A stretch of DNA of 64,000 bases from Squalus acanthias (taxonomy: Eukaryota), in the NCBI GenBank assembly GCA_030390025.1, contig CM059432.1, positions 115,012,001-115,076,000 of the forward strand, given 5' to 3'. The translations under genes were made by a program, and so were the position numbers. Below the pieces are notes generated by a model, which was not told where the DNA came from, did no database searches, and saw nothing but the letters and a program-made list of their open reading frames with translations. Shown in pieces: positions 44,701 through 59,020 of the stretch (its first letter is position 1; each line of letters opens with the position of its first letter).

Positions 44701-47700
44701 CAGTACTAACAATCCCGATTTCAGATTAAGCACAGTGCTAACAATCCCGATTTCAGACAACGCACAGTGCTAACAATCCCGATTTCAGACAGAGCACAGT
44801 GCGAACAATCCCGATTTCAGGTTAAGCACAGTACTAACAATCCCGATTTCAGATTAAGCACAGTACTAACAATCCCGATTTCAGACAAAGCACAGTGCTA
44901 ACAATCCCGATTTCAGATTAAGCACAGCGCTAACAATCCCGATTTCAGATTAAGCACAGCGCTAACAATCCCGATTTCAGATTAAGCACAGTACTAACAA
45001 TCCCGATTTCAGACAAAGCACAGTGCTAACAATTCCGATTTCAGACAACGCACAGTGCTAACAATCCCGATTTCAGACAGAGCACAGTGCTAACAATCCC
45101 GATTTCAGACAGAGCACAGTGCTAACAATCCCGATTTCAGACAGAGCACAGTGCTAACAATCCCGATTTCAGACAGAGCACAGTGCTAACAATCCCGATT
45201 TCAGACAGAGCACAGTGCTAACAATCCCGATTTCAGAAACGCACAGCGCTAACAATCCCGATTTCAGACAACGTACAGTGCTAACAATCCCGATTTCAGA
45301 CAGAGCACAGTGCTAACAATCCCGATTTCAGACAACGCACAGCGCTAACAATTCCGATTTCAGACAGAGCACAGTGCAAACAATCCCGATTTCAGACAAC
45401 GCACAGTGCTAACAATCCCGATTTCAGACAGAGCACAGTGCAAACAATCCCGATTTCAGACAACGCACAGTGCTAACAATCCCGATTTCAGACAGAGCAC
45501 AGTGCTAACAATCCCGATTTCAGACAGAGCACAGTGCTAACAATCCCGATTTCAGACAGAGCACAGTGCTAACAATCCCGATTTCAGACAGAGCACAGTG
45601 CTAACAATCCCGATTTCAGACAACGCACAGTGCTAACAATCCCGATTTCAGACAACGCACAGCGCTAACAATCCCAATTTCAACTTAAGCACAGTACTAA
45701 CAATCCCGATTTCAGATTAAGCACAGTACTAACAATCCCGATTTCAGATTAAGCACAGTACTAACAATCCCGATTTCAGACAACGCACAGTGATAACAAT
45801 CCCGATTTCAGATTCAGCACAGTGCGAACAATCCCGATTTCAGATTAAGCACAGTGCTAACAATCCCGATTTCAGATTAAGCACAGTGCTAACAATCCCG
45901 ATTTCAGATTAAGCACAGTGCTAACAATCCCGATTTCAGATTAAGCACAGTGCTAACAATCCCGATTTCAGATTAAGCACAGCGCTAACAATCCTGATTT
46001 CAGACAATGCACAGTGCTAACAATCCCGATTTCAGATTAAGCACAGTGCTAACAATCCCGATTTCAGATTAAGCACAGCGCTAACAATCCCGATTTCAGA
46101 CAATGCACAGTGCTAACAATCCTGATTTCAGATTAAGCACAGTACTAACAATCCCGATTTCAGACAGAGCACAGTGCTAACAATCCCGATTTCAGATTAA
46201 GCACAGCGCTAACAATCCCGATTTCAGACAATGCACAGTGCTAACAATCCTGATTTCAGATTAAGCACAGTGCTAACAATCCCGATTTCAGACAACGCAC
46301 AGTGGTAACAATCCCGATTTCAGACAACGCACAGTGGTAACAATCCCGATTTCAGATTAAGCACAGTGCTAACAATCCCGATTTCAGATTAAGCACAGTG
46401 CTAACAATCCCGATTTCAGATTAAGCACAGCGCTAACAATGCCGATTTCAGATTAAGCACAGCGCTAACAATCCCGATTTCAGACAATGCACAGTGCTAA
46501 CAATCCCGATTTCAGATTAAGCACAGTGCTAACAATCCCGATTTCAGATTAAGCACAGCGCTAACAATCCCGATTTCAGACAATGCACAGTGCTAACAAT
46601 CCCGATTTCAGATTAAGCACAGTACTAACAATCCCGATTTCAGACAACGCACAGTGGTAACAATCCCGATTTCAGATTAAGCACAGTGCTAACAATCACG
46701 ATTTCAGATTAAGCACAGTACTAACAATCCCGATTTCAGACAACGCACAGTGCTAACAATCCTGATTTCAGACAAAGCACAGTGCTAACAATCCCGATTT
46801 CAGACAATGCACAGTGCTAACAATCCCGATTTCAGACAATGCACAGTGCTAACAATCCCGATTTCAGACAACGCACAGTGCTAACAATCCTGATTTCAGA
46901 CAAAGCACAGTGCTAACAATCCCGATTTCAGACAATGCACAGTGCTAACAATCCCGATTTCAGACAATGCACAGTGCTAACAATCCCGATTTCAGACAAC
47001 GCACAGTGCTAACAATCCTGATTTCACATTAAGCACAGCGCTAACAATCCCGATTTCAGACAAAGCACAGTGCTAACAATCCTGATTTCAGACAACGCAC
47101 AGTGCTAACAATCCTGATTTCAGACAACGCACAGTGCTAACAATCCCGATTTCAGATTAAGCAGTGCTAACAATCCCGATTTCAGACAGAGCACAGTGCT
47201 AACAATCCCGATTTCAGACAACGCACAGTGCTAACAATCCTGATTTCAGACAATGCACAGTGCTAACAATCCCGATTTCAGATTAAGCACAGTGCTAACA
47301 ATCCTGATTTCAGACAATGCACAGCGCTAACAATCCCGATTTCAGACAACGCACAGTGCTAACAATCCCGATTTCAGACAACGCACAGTGCTAACAATCC
47401 CGATTTCAGACAACGCACAGTGCTAACAATCCCGATTTCAGACAACGTACAGTGCTAACAATCCCGATTTCAGACAACGCACAGTGCTAACAATCCCGAT
47501 TTCAGACAACGTACAGTGCTAACAATCCCGATTTCAGACAACGCACAGTGCTAACAATCCCGATTTCAGACAACGTACAGTGCTAACAATCCCGATTTCA
47601 GACAATGCACAGTGCTAACAATCCTGATTTCAGAAAAGCACAGCGCTAACAATCCCGATTTCAGACAACGCACAGTGCTAACAATCCCGATTTCAGACAA

Positions 47701-49689
47701 CGCACAGTGCTAACAATCCCGATTTCAGACAACGCACAGTGCTAACAATCCCGATTTCAGACAACGCACAGTGCGAACAATCCCGATTTCAGACAGTGCA
47801 CAGTGCTAACAATCCCGATTTCAGACAACGCACAGAGCTAACAATCCCGATTTCAGACAGAGCACAGTGCTAACAATCCCGATTTCAGACAACGCACAGT
47901 GCTAACAATCCTGATTTCAGACAGAGCACAGTGCTAACAATCCTGATTTCAGACAAAGCACAGTACTAACAATCCCGATTTCAGACAGAGCACAGTGCTA
48001 ACAATCCCGATTTCAGACAACGCAGAGTGCTAACAATCCCGATTTCAGACAGAGCACAGTGCTAACAATCCCGATTTCAGACAACGCACAGTGCTAACAA
48101 TCCCGATTTCAGACAGAGCACAGTGCTAACAATCCCGATTTCAGACAACGCACAGTGCTAACAATCCCGATTTCAGACAATGCACAGTGCTAACAATCCC
48201 GATTTCAGACAACGTACAGTGCTAACAATCCCGATTTCAGACAACGCACAGTACTAACAATCCCGATTTCAGACAACGTACAGTGCTAACAATCCTGATT
48301 TCAGACAATGCACAGTGCTAACAATCCCGATTTCAGATTAAGCACAGTGCTAACAATCCCGATTTCAGATTAAGCACAGTACTAACAATCCCGATTTCAG
48401 ATTAAGCACAGTACTAACAATCCCGATTTCAGACAACGTACAGTGCTAACAATCCTGATTTCAGACAACGCACAGTACTAACAATCCCGATTTCAGACAA
48501 TGCACAGTGCTAACAATCCCGATTTCAGACAGAGCACAGCGCTAACAATCCCGATTTCAGACAACGCACAGTGCTAACAATCCCGATTTCAGAAAGAGCA
48601 CAGCGCTAACATTCCCGATTTCAGACAAAGCACAGTGCTAACAATCCCGATTTCAGACAGAGCACAGTGCTAACAATCCCGATTTCAGATTAAGCACAGT
48701 ACAAACAATCCCGATTTCAGACAATGCACAGTGCTAACAATCCCGATTTCAGATTAAGCACAGTGCTAACAATCCCGATTTCAGACAACGCACAGTGCTA
48801 ACAATCCCGATTTCAGATTAAGCACAGTGCTAACAATCCCGATTTCAGACAACGCACAGTGCTAACAATTCCGATTTCAGACAGAGCACAGTGCTAACAA
48901 TCCCGATTTCAGATTAAGCACAGTACCAACAATCCCGATTTCAGATTAAGCACAGTACCAACAATCCCGATTTCAGATTAAGCACAGTGCTAACAATCCC
49001 GATTTCAGATTAAGCACAGTGCTAACAATCCCGATTTCAGATTAAGCACAGTGCTAACAATCCCGATTTCAGATTAAGCACAGTGCTAACAATCCCGATT
49101 TCAGATTAAGCACAGTGCTAACAATCCCGATTTCAGATTAAGCACAGTGCTAACAATCCCGATTTCAGATTAAGCACAGTACTAACAATCCCGATTTCAG
49201 ATTAAGCACAGTGCTAACAATCCCGATTTCAGATTAAGCACAGTACTAACAATCCCGATTTCAGATTAAGCACAGTGCTAACAATCCCGATTTCAGACAA
49301 CGCACAGTGCTAACAATCCTGATTTCAGACAACGCACAGTGCTAACAATCCCGATTTCAGATTAAGCACAGTACTAACAATCCCGATTTCAGACAAAGCA
49401 CAGTGCTAACAATCCCGATTTCAGACAACGCACAGTGCTAACAATCCTGATTTCAGACAACGCACAATGCTAACAATCCCGATTTCAGATTAAGCACAGT
49501 AATAACAATCCCGATTTCAGATTAAGCACAGTGCTAACAATCCCGATTTCAGATTAAGCACAGTGCTAACAATCCCGATATCAGACAACGCACAGTGCTA
49601 ACAATCCCGATTTCAGATTAAGCACAGTGCTAACAATCCCGATTTCAGACAACGCACAGTGCTAACAATCCCGATTTCAGAATAAGCAC

Positions 49690-52600
49690 AGTACTAACAA
49701 TCCTGATTTCAGATTAAGCACAGTACTAACAATCCCGATTTCAGACAACGTACAGTGATAACAATCCCGATTTCAGATTAAGCACAGTACTAACAATCCC
49801 GATTTCAGACAACGTACAGTGATAACAATCCCGATTTCAGATTAAGCACAGTGCTAACAATCCCGATTTCAGAGAACGTACAGTGCTAACAATCCCGATT
49901 TCAGATTAAGCACAGTACTAACAATCCTGATTTCAGATTAAGCACAGTACTAACAATCCCGATTTCAGACAACGTACAGTGATAACAATCCCGATTTCAG
50001 ACAACGTACAGTGATAACAATCCCGATTTCAGACAACGCACAGTGCTAACAATCCTGATTTCAGATTAAGCACAGTACTAACAATCCCGATTTCAGACAG
50101 AGCACAGTGCTAACAATCCTGATTTCAGATAAAGCACAGTACTAACAATCCCGATTTCAGACAACGTACAGTGATAACAATCCCGATTTCAGACAACGCA
50201 CAGTGATAACAATCCCGATTTCAGAAACGCACAGCGCTAACAATCCCGATTTCAGACAATGCACAGTGCTAACAATCCCGATTTCAGACAACGCACAGTG
50301 CTAACAATCCCGATTTCAGACAACGCACAGTGCTAACAATCCCGATTTCAGACAGAGCACAGTGCTAACAATCCCGATTTCAGACAATGCACAGTGCTAA
50401 CAATCCCGATTTCAGACAATGCACAGTGCTAACAATCCCGATTTCAGACAACGCACAGTGCTAACAATCCCGATTTCAGACAACGCACAGTGCTAACAAT
50501 CCTGATTTCAGACAACACACAGTGCTCACAATCCCGATTTCAGATTAAGCACAGTACTAACAATCCCGATTTCAGATTAAGCACAGTACTAACAACCGCA
50601 TTTCAGACAACGTACAGTGCTAACAATCCTGATTTCAGACAATGCACAGTGCTAACAATTCCGATTTCATATTAAGCACAGTACTAACAATCCCGATTTC
50701 AGACAACGTACAGTGCTAACAATCCTGATTTCAGACAACGCACAGTACTAACAATCCCGATTTCAGACAATGCACAGTGCTAACAATCCTGATTTCAGAC
50801 AAAGCACAGTGCTAACAATCCTGATTTCAGACAAGGCACAGTGCTAACAATCCTGATTTCAGATTAAGCACAGTGCTAACAATCCCGATTTCAGACAACG
50901 CACAGTGCTAACAATCCCGATTTCAGACAACGCACAGTACTAACAATCCCGATTTCAGACAATGCACAGTGCTAACAATCCTGATTTCAGACAATGCACA
51001 GCGCTAACAATCCCGATTTCAGATTAAGCACAGTGCTAACAATCCCGATTTCAGACAATGCACAGTGCTAACAATCCGGATTTCAGACAACGCACAGTGC
51101 TAACAATGCCGATTTCAGACAACGCACAGTGCTAACAATCCTGATTTCAGATTAAGCACAGTGCTAACAATCCCGATTTCAGACAATGCACAGTGCTAAC
51201 AATCCGGATTTCAGACAACGCACAGTGCTAACAATGCCGATTTCAGACAACGCACAGTGCTAACAATCCTGATTTCAGATTAAGCACAGCGCTAACAATG
51301 CCGATTTCAGACAACGCACAGTGCTAACAATCCTGATTTCAGATTAAGCACAGTGCTAACAATCCCGATTTCAGACAACGCACAGTGCTAACAATCCCGA
51401 TTTCAGACAACGCACAGTGCTAACAATCCCGATTTCAGATTAAGCACAGTGCTAACAATCCCGATTTCAGACAGAGCACAGTGCTAACAATCCCGATTTC
51501 AGACAGAGCACAGTACTAACAATCCTGATTTCAGATTAAGCACAGTGCTAACAATCCCGATTTCAGACAACGCACAGTACTAACAATCCTGATTTCAGAT
51601 TAAGCACAGTGCTAACAATCCCGATTTCAGACAACGCACAGTGCTAACAATCCCGATTTCAGAAAATGCACAGTGCTAACAATCCCGATTTCAGACAGAG
51701 CACAGTGCTAACAATCCCGATTTCAGACAACGCACAGCGCTAACAATCCCGATTTCAGACAACGCACAGTGCTAACAATCCTGATTTCAGACAGAGCACA
51801 GTGCTAACAATCCCGATTTCAGACAAAGCACAGTGCTAACAATCCCGATTTCAGACAACGCACAGTGCTAACAATCCCGATTTCAGACAACGCACAGTGC
51901 TAACAATCCTGATTTCAGACAACACACAGTGCTAACAATCCCGATTTCAGACAGAGCACAGTGCTAACAATCCTGATTTCAGATTAAGCACAGTACTAAC
52001 AATCCCGATTTCAGACAACGTACAGTGATAACAATCCCGATTTCAGATTAAGCACAGTACTAACAATCCCGATTTCAGACAACGTACAGTGATAACAATC
52101 CCGATTTCAGATTAAGCACAGTGCTAACAATCCCGATTTCAGAGAACGTACAGTGCTAACAATCCCGATTTCAGATTAAGCACAGTACTAACAATCCTGA
52201 TTTCAGATTCAGCACAGTACTAACAATCCCGATTTCAGACAACGTACAGTGATAACAATCCCGATTTCAGACAACGTACAGTGATAACAATCCCGATTTC
52301 AGACAACGCACAGTGCTAACAATCCTGATTTCAGATTAAGCACAGTACTAACAATCCCGATTTCAGACAGAGCACAGTGCTAACAATCCTGATTTCAGAT
52401 TAAGCACAGTACTAACAATCCCGATTTCAGACAACGTACAGTGATAACAATCCCGATTTCAGACAACGCACAGTGATAACAATCCCGATTTCAGAAACGC
52501 ACAGCGCTAACAATCCCGATTTCAGACAATGCACAGTGCTAACAATCCCGATTTCAGACAACGCACAGTGCTAACAATCCCGATTTCAGACAACGCACAG

Positions 52601-54000
52601 TGCTAACAATCCCGATTTCAGACAGAGCACAGTGCTAACAATCCCGATTTCAGACAATGCACAGTGCTAACAATCCCGATTTCAGACAATGCACAGTGCT
52701 AACAATCCCGATTTCAGACAACGCACAGTGCTAACAATCCCGATTTCAGACAACGCACAGTGCTAACAATCCTGATTTCAGACAACACACAGTGCTAACA
52801 ATCCCGATTTCAGATTAAGCACAGTACTAACAATCCCGATTTCAGATTAAGCACAGTACTAACAACCGCATTTCAGACAACGTACAGTGCTAACAATCCT
52901 GATTTCAGACAATGCACAGTGCTAACAATTCCGATTTCAGATTAAGCACAGTACTAACAATCCCGATTTCAGACAACGTACAATGCTAACAATCCTGATT
53001 TCAGACAACGCACAGTACTAACAATCCCGATTTCAGACAATGCACAGTGCTAACAATCCTGATTTCAGATTAAGCACAGTGCTAACAATCCCGATTTCAG
53101 ACAACGCACAGTGCTAACAATCCCGATTTCAGACAACGCACAGTACTAACAATCCCGATTTCAGACAATGCACAGTGCTAACAATCCTGATTTCAGACAA
53201 TGCACAGCGCTAACAATGCCGATTTCAGACAACGCACAGTGCTAACAATCCTGATTTCAGATTAAGCACAGTGCTAACAATCCCGATTTCAGACAACGCA
53301 CAGTGCTAACAATCCCGATTTCAGACGACGCACAGTGCTAACAATCCCGATTTCAGATTAAGCACAGTGCTAACAATCCCGATTTCAGACAGAGCACAGT
53401 GCTAACAATCCCGATTTCAGATTAAGCACAGTGCTAACAATCCCGATTTCAGATTAAGCACAGTACTAACAATCCTGATTTCAGACAACGCACAGTGCTA
53501 ACAATCCCGATTTCAGACAGAGCACAGTACTAACAATCCTGATTTCAGATTAAGCACAGTGCTAACAATCCCGATTTCAGACAACGCACAGTACTAACAA
53601 TCCTGATTTCAGATTAAGCACAGTGCTAACAATCCCGATTTCAGACAACGCACAGTGCTAACAATCCCGATTTCAGAAAATGCACAGTGCTAACAATCCC
53701 GATTTCAGACAGAGCACAGTGCTAACAATCCCGATTTCAGACAACGCACAGCGCTAACAATCCCGATTTCAGACAACGCACAGTGCTAACAATCCTGATT
53801 TCAGACAGAGCACAGTGCTAACAATCCTGATTTCAGACAACGCACAGTGCTAACAATCCCGATTTCAGACAAAGCACAGTGCTAACAATCCCGATTTCAG
53901 ACAACGCACAGTGCTAACAATCCCGATTTCAGACAACGCACAGTGCTAACAATCCTGATTTCAGACAACACACAGTGCTAACAATCCCGATTTCAGATTA
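49690..54000 (+). repeat. ~2.27 kb tandem duplication inside the satellite
   Basis: AGAGAACGTA 49871/52141 and AACAACCGCA 50591/52861, both with offset 2270 (71x32-2). Confidence 0.85.
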
Positions 54001-57000
54001 AGCACAGTGCTAACAATCCCGATTTCAGATTAAGCACAGTGCTAACAATCCCGATTTCAGATTAAGCACAGTACTAACAATCCCGATTTCAGACAACGCA
54101 CAGTACAAACAATCCCGATTTCAGTTTAAGCACAGTGCTAACAATCCCGATTTCAGACAACGCACAGTACTAACAATCCCGATTTCAGATTAAGCACAGT
54201 ACTAACAATCCCGATTTCAGATTAAGCACAGTACTAACAATCCCGATTTCAGATTAAGCACAGTGCTAACAATCCCGATTTCAGACAATGCACAGTGCTA
54301 ACAATCCCGATTTCAGATTAAGCACAGCGCTAACAATCCCGATTTCAGATTAAGCACAGCGCTAACAATCCCGATTTCAGACAGAGCACATTGCGAACAA
54401 TCCCGATTTCAGACAAAGCACAGTGCTAACAATCCCGATTTCAGACAATGCACAGTGCTAACAATCCCGATTTCAGATTAAGCACAGTGCTAACAATCCC
54501 GATTTCAGACAACGCACAGTACTAACAATCCCGATTTCAGATTAAGCACAGTGCTAACAATCCCGATTTCAGACAAAGCACAGTGCTAACAATCCCGATT
54601 TCAGCTTAAGCACAGTGCTAACAATCCTGATTTCAGCTTAAGCACAGTGCTAACAATCCCGATTTCAGACAAAGCACAGTGCTAACAATCCCGATTTCAG
54701 CTTAAGCACAGTGCTAACAATCCCGATTTCAGACAACGCACAGTGCTAACAATCCCGATTTCAGACAAAGCACAGTGCTAACAATCCCGATTTCAGCTTA
54801 AGCACAGTGCTAACAATCCCGATTTCAGACAACGCACAGTGCTAACAATCCCGATTTCAGACAAAGCACAGTGCTAACAATCCCGATTTCAGCTTAAGCA
54901 CAGTGCTAACAATCCCGATTTCAGACAACGCACAGTGCTAACAATCCCGATTTCAGACAAAGCACAGTGCTAACAATCCCGATTTCAGACAACGCACAGT
55001 GCTAACAATCCCGATTTCAGCTTAAGCACAGTGCTAACAATCCCGATTTCAGACAACGCACAGTGCTAACAATCCCGATTTCAGATTAAGCACAGTGCTA
55101 ACAATCCCGATTTCAGACAACGCACAGTGCTAACAATCCCGATTTCAGACAACGCACAGTGCTAACAATCCCGATTTCAGCTTAAGCACAGTGCTAACAA
55201 TCCCGATTTCAGACAACGCACAGTACTAACAATCCCGATTTCAGCTTAAGCACAGTGCTAACAATCCCGATTTCAGACAACGCACAGTGCTCACAATCCC
55301 GATTTCAGACAATGCACAGTGCTAACAATCCCGATTTCAGACAACGCACAGTGCTAACAATCCCGATTTCAGATTAAGCACAGTACTAACAATCCCGATT
55401 TCAGACAATGCACAGTGCTAACAATCCCGATTTCAGATTAAGCACAGTACTAACAATCCCGATTTCAGATTAAGCACAGTGCTAACAATCCCGATTTCAG
55501 ACAATGCACAGTGCTAACAATCCCGATTTCAGATTAAGCACAGTACTAACAATCCCGATTTCAGACAACGCACAGTGCTAACAATCCCGATTTCAGATTA
55601 AGCACAGTGCTAACAATCCCGATTTCAGACAACGCACAGTGCTAACAATCCCGATTTCAGACAACGCACAGTGCTAACAATCCGATTTCAGACAACGCAC
55701 AGTGCTAACAATCCCGATTTCAGACAACGCACAGTGCTAACAATCCCGATTTCAGACAACGCACAGTGCTAACAATCCCGATTTCAGATTAAGCACAGCG
55801 CTAACAATCCCGATTTCAGACAACGCACAGTGCTAACAATCCCGATTTCAGATAATGCACAGTGCTAACAATCCTGATTTCAGACAACGCACAGCGCTAA
55901 CAATCCCGATTTCAGACAACGCACAGTGCTAACAATCCTGATTTCAGACAACGCACAGCGCTAACAATCCCGATTTCAGACAACGCACAGTGCTAACAAT
56001 CCCGATTTCAGATTAAGCACAGTGCTAACAATCCCGATTTCAGATTAAGCACAGTACTAACAATCCTGATTTCAGACAACGCACAGTGCTAACAATCCCG
56101 ATTTCAGACAGAGCACAGTACTAACAATCCTGATTTCAGATTAAGCACAGTGCTAACAATCCCGATTTCAGACAACGCACAGTACTAACAATCCTGATTT
56201 CAGATTAAGCACAGTGCTAACAATCCCGATTTCAGACAACGCACAGTGCTAACAATCCCGATTTCAGAAAATGCACAGTGCTAACAATCCCGATTTCAGA
56301 CAGAGCACAGTGCTAACAATCCCGATTTCAGACAACGCACAGCGCTAACAATCCCGATTTCAGACAACGCACAGTGCTAACAATCCTGATTTCAGACAGA
56401 GCACAGTGCTAACAATCCTGATTTCAGACAACGCACAGTGCTAACAATCCCGATTTCAGACAAAGCACAGTGCTAACAATCCCGATTTCAGACAACGCAC
56501 AGTGCTAACAATCCCGATTTCAGACAACGCACAGTGCTAACAATCCTGATTTCAGACAACACACAGTGCTAACAATCCCGATTTCAGATTAAGCACAGTG
56601 CTAACAATCCCGATTTCAGATTAAGCACAGTGCTAACAATCCCGATTTCAGATTAAGCACAGTACTAACAATCCCGATTTCAGACAACGCACAGTACAAA
56701 CAATCCCGATTTCAGATTAAGCACAGTGCTAACAATCCCGATTTCAGATTAAGCACAGTACTAACAATCCCGATTTCAGATTAAGCACAGTACTAACAAT
56801 CCCGATTTCAGATTAAGCACAGTGCTAACAATCCCGATTTCAGACAATGCACAGTGCTAACAATCCCGATTTCAGATTAAGCACAGCGCTAACAATCCCG
56901 ATTTCAGATTAAGCACAGCGCTAACAATCCCGATTTCAGACAGAGCACATTGCGAACAATCCCGATTTCAGACAAAGCACAGTGCTAACAATCCCGATTT

Positions 57001-58650
57001 CAGACAATGCACAGTGCTAACAATCCCGATTTCAGATTAAGCACAGTGCTAACAATCCCGATTTCAGACAACGCACAGTACTAACAATCCCGATTTCAGA
57101 TTAAGCACAGTGCTAACAATCCCGATTTCAGACAATGCACAGTGCTAACAATCCCGATTTCAGCTTAAGCACAGTGCTAACAATCCCGATTTCAGCTTAA
57201 GCACAGTGCTAACAATCCCGATTTCAGACAAAGCACAGTGCTAACAATCCCGATTTCAGCTTAAGCACAGTGCTAACAATCCCGATTTCAGACAACGCAC
57301 AGTGCTAACAATCCCGATTTCAGACAAAGCACAGTGCTAACAATCCCGATTTCAGCTTAAGCACAGTGCTAACAATCCCGATTTCAGACAACGCACAGTG
57401 CTAACAATCCCGATTTCAGACAAAGCACAGTGCTAACAATCCCGATTTCAGCTTAAGCACAGTGCTAACAATCCCGATTTCAGACAACGCACAGTGCTAA
57501 CAATCCCGATTTCAGACAAAGCACAGTGCTAACAATCCCGATTTCAGCTTAAGCACAGTGCTAACAATCCCGATTTCAGACAACGCACAGTGCTAACAAT
57601 CCCGATTTCAGCTTAAGCACAGTGCTAACAATCCCGATTTCAGACAACGCACAGTGCTAACAATCCCGATTTCAGCTTAAGCACAGTGCTAACAATCCCG
57701 ATTTCAGACAACGCACAGTGCTAACAATCCCGATTTCAGATTAAGCACAGTGCTAACAATCCCGATTTCAGACAACGCACAGTGCTAACAATCCCGATTT
57801 CAGACAACGCACAGTGCTAACAATCCCGATTTCAGCTTAAGCACAGTGCTAACAATCCCGATTTCAGACAACGCACAGTACTAACAATCCCGATTTCAGC
57901 TTAAGCACAGTGCTAACAATCCCGATTTCAGACAACGCACAGTGCTCACAATCCCGATTTCAGACAATGCACAGTGCTAACAATCCCGATTTCAGACAAC
58001 GCACAGTGCTAACAATCCCGATTTCAGATTAAGCACAGTACTAACAATCCCGATTTCAGACAATGCACAGTGCTAACAATCCCGATTTCAGATTAAGCAC
58101 AGTACTAACAATCCCGATTTCAGATTAAGCACAGTGCTAACAATCCCGATTTCAGACAATGCACAGTGCTAACAATCCCGATTTCAGATTAAGCACAGTA
58201 CTAACAATCCCGATTTCAGACAACGCACAGTGCTAACAATCCCGATTTCAGATTAAGCACAGTGCTAACAATCCCGATTTCAGACAACGCACAGTGCTAA
58301 CAATCCCGATTTCAGACAACGCACAGTGCTAACAATCCGATTTCAGACAACGCACAGTGCTAACAATCCCGATTTCAGACAACGCACAGTGCTAACAATC
58401 CCGATTTCAGACAACGCACAGTGCTAACAATCCCGATTTCAGATTAAGCACAGCGCTAACAATCCCGATTTCAGACAACGCACAGTGCTAACAATCCCGA
58501 TTTCAGATAATGCACAGTGCTAACAATCCTGATTTCAGACAACGCACAGCGCTAACAATCCCGATTTCAGACAACGCACAGTGCTAACAATCCTGATTTC
58601 AGACAACGCACAGCGCTAACAATCCCGATTTCAGACAACGCACAGTGCTA
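53400..58650 (+). repeat. ~2.6 kb tandem duplication at the right end of the satellite
   Basis: GTACAAAC 54103/56694 (offset 2591), TTGCGAAC 54391/56950 (2559), TCAC variant 55291/57946 (2655) and the 1-bp deletion TCCGA 55681/58336 (2655). Confidence 0.85.
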
Positions 58651-59020
58651 ACAATCCCGATTTCAGACAAAGCACAGTGCTAACAATCCTGATTTCAGAC
58701 AACGCACAGTGCTAACAATCCTGATTTCAGACAACGCACAGTGCTAACAATCCCGATTTCAGACAAAGCACAGTGCTAACAATCCTGATTTCAGACAACG
58801 CACAGTGCTAACAATCCTGATTTCAGACAACGCACAGTGCTAACAATCCCGATTTCAGACAAAGCACAGTGCTAACAATCCCGATTTCAGACAAAGCACA
58901 GTGCTAACAATCCTGATTTCAGACAACGCACAGTGCTAACAATCCCGATTTCAGACAAAGCACAGTGCTAACAATCCTGATTTCAGACAAAGCACAGTGC
59001 TAACAATCCCGATTTCAGAC

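Noticed and set aside
50490..50675. 61-aa ORF in the satellite
   Set aside because: Chance loss of a stop (GCTCAC variant plus a deletion). It is purely a repeat translation.
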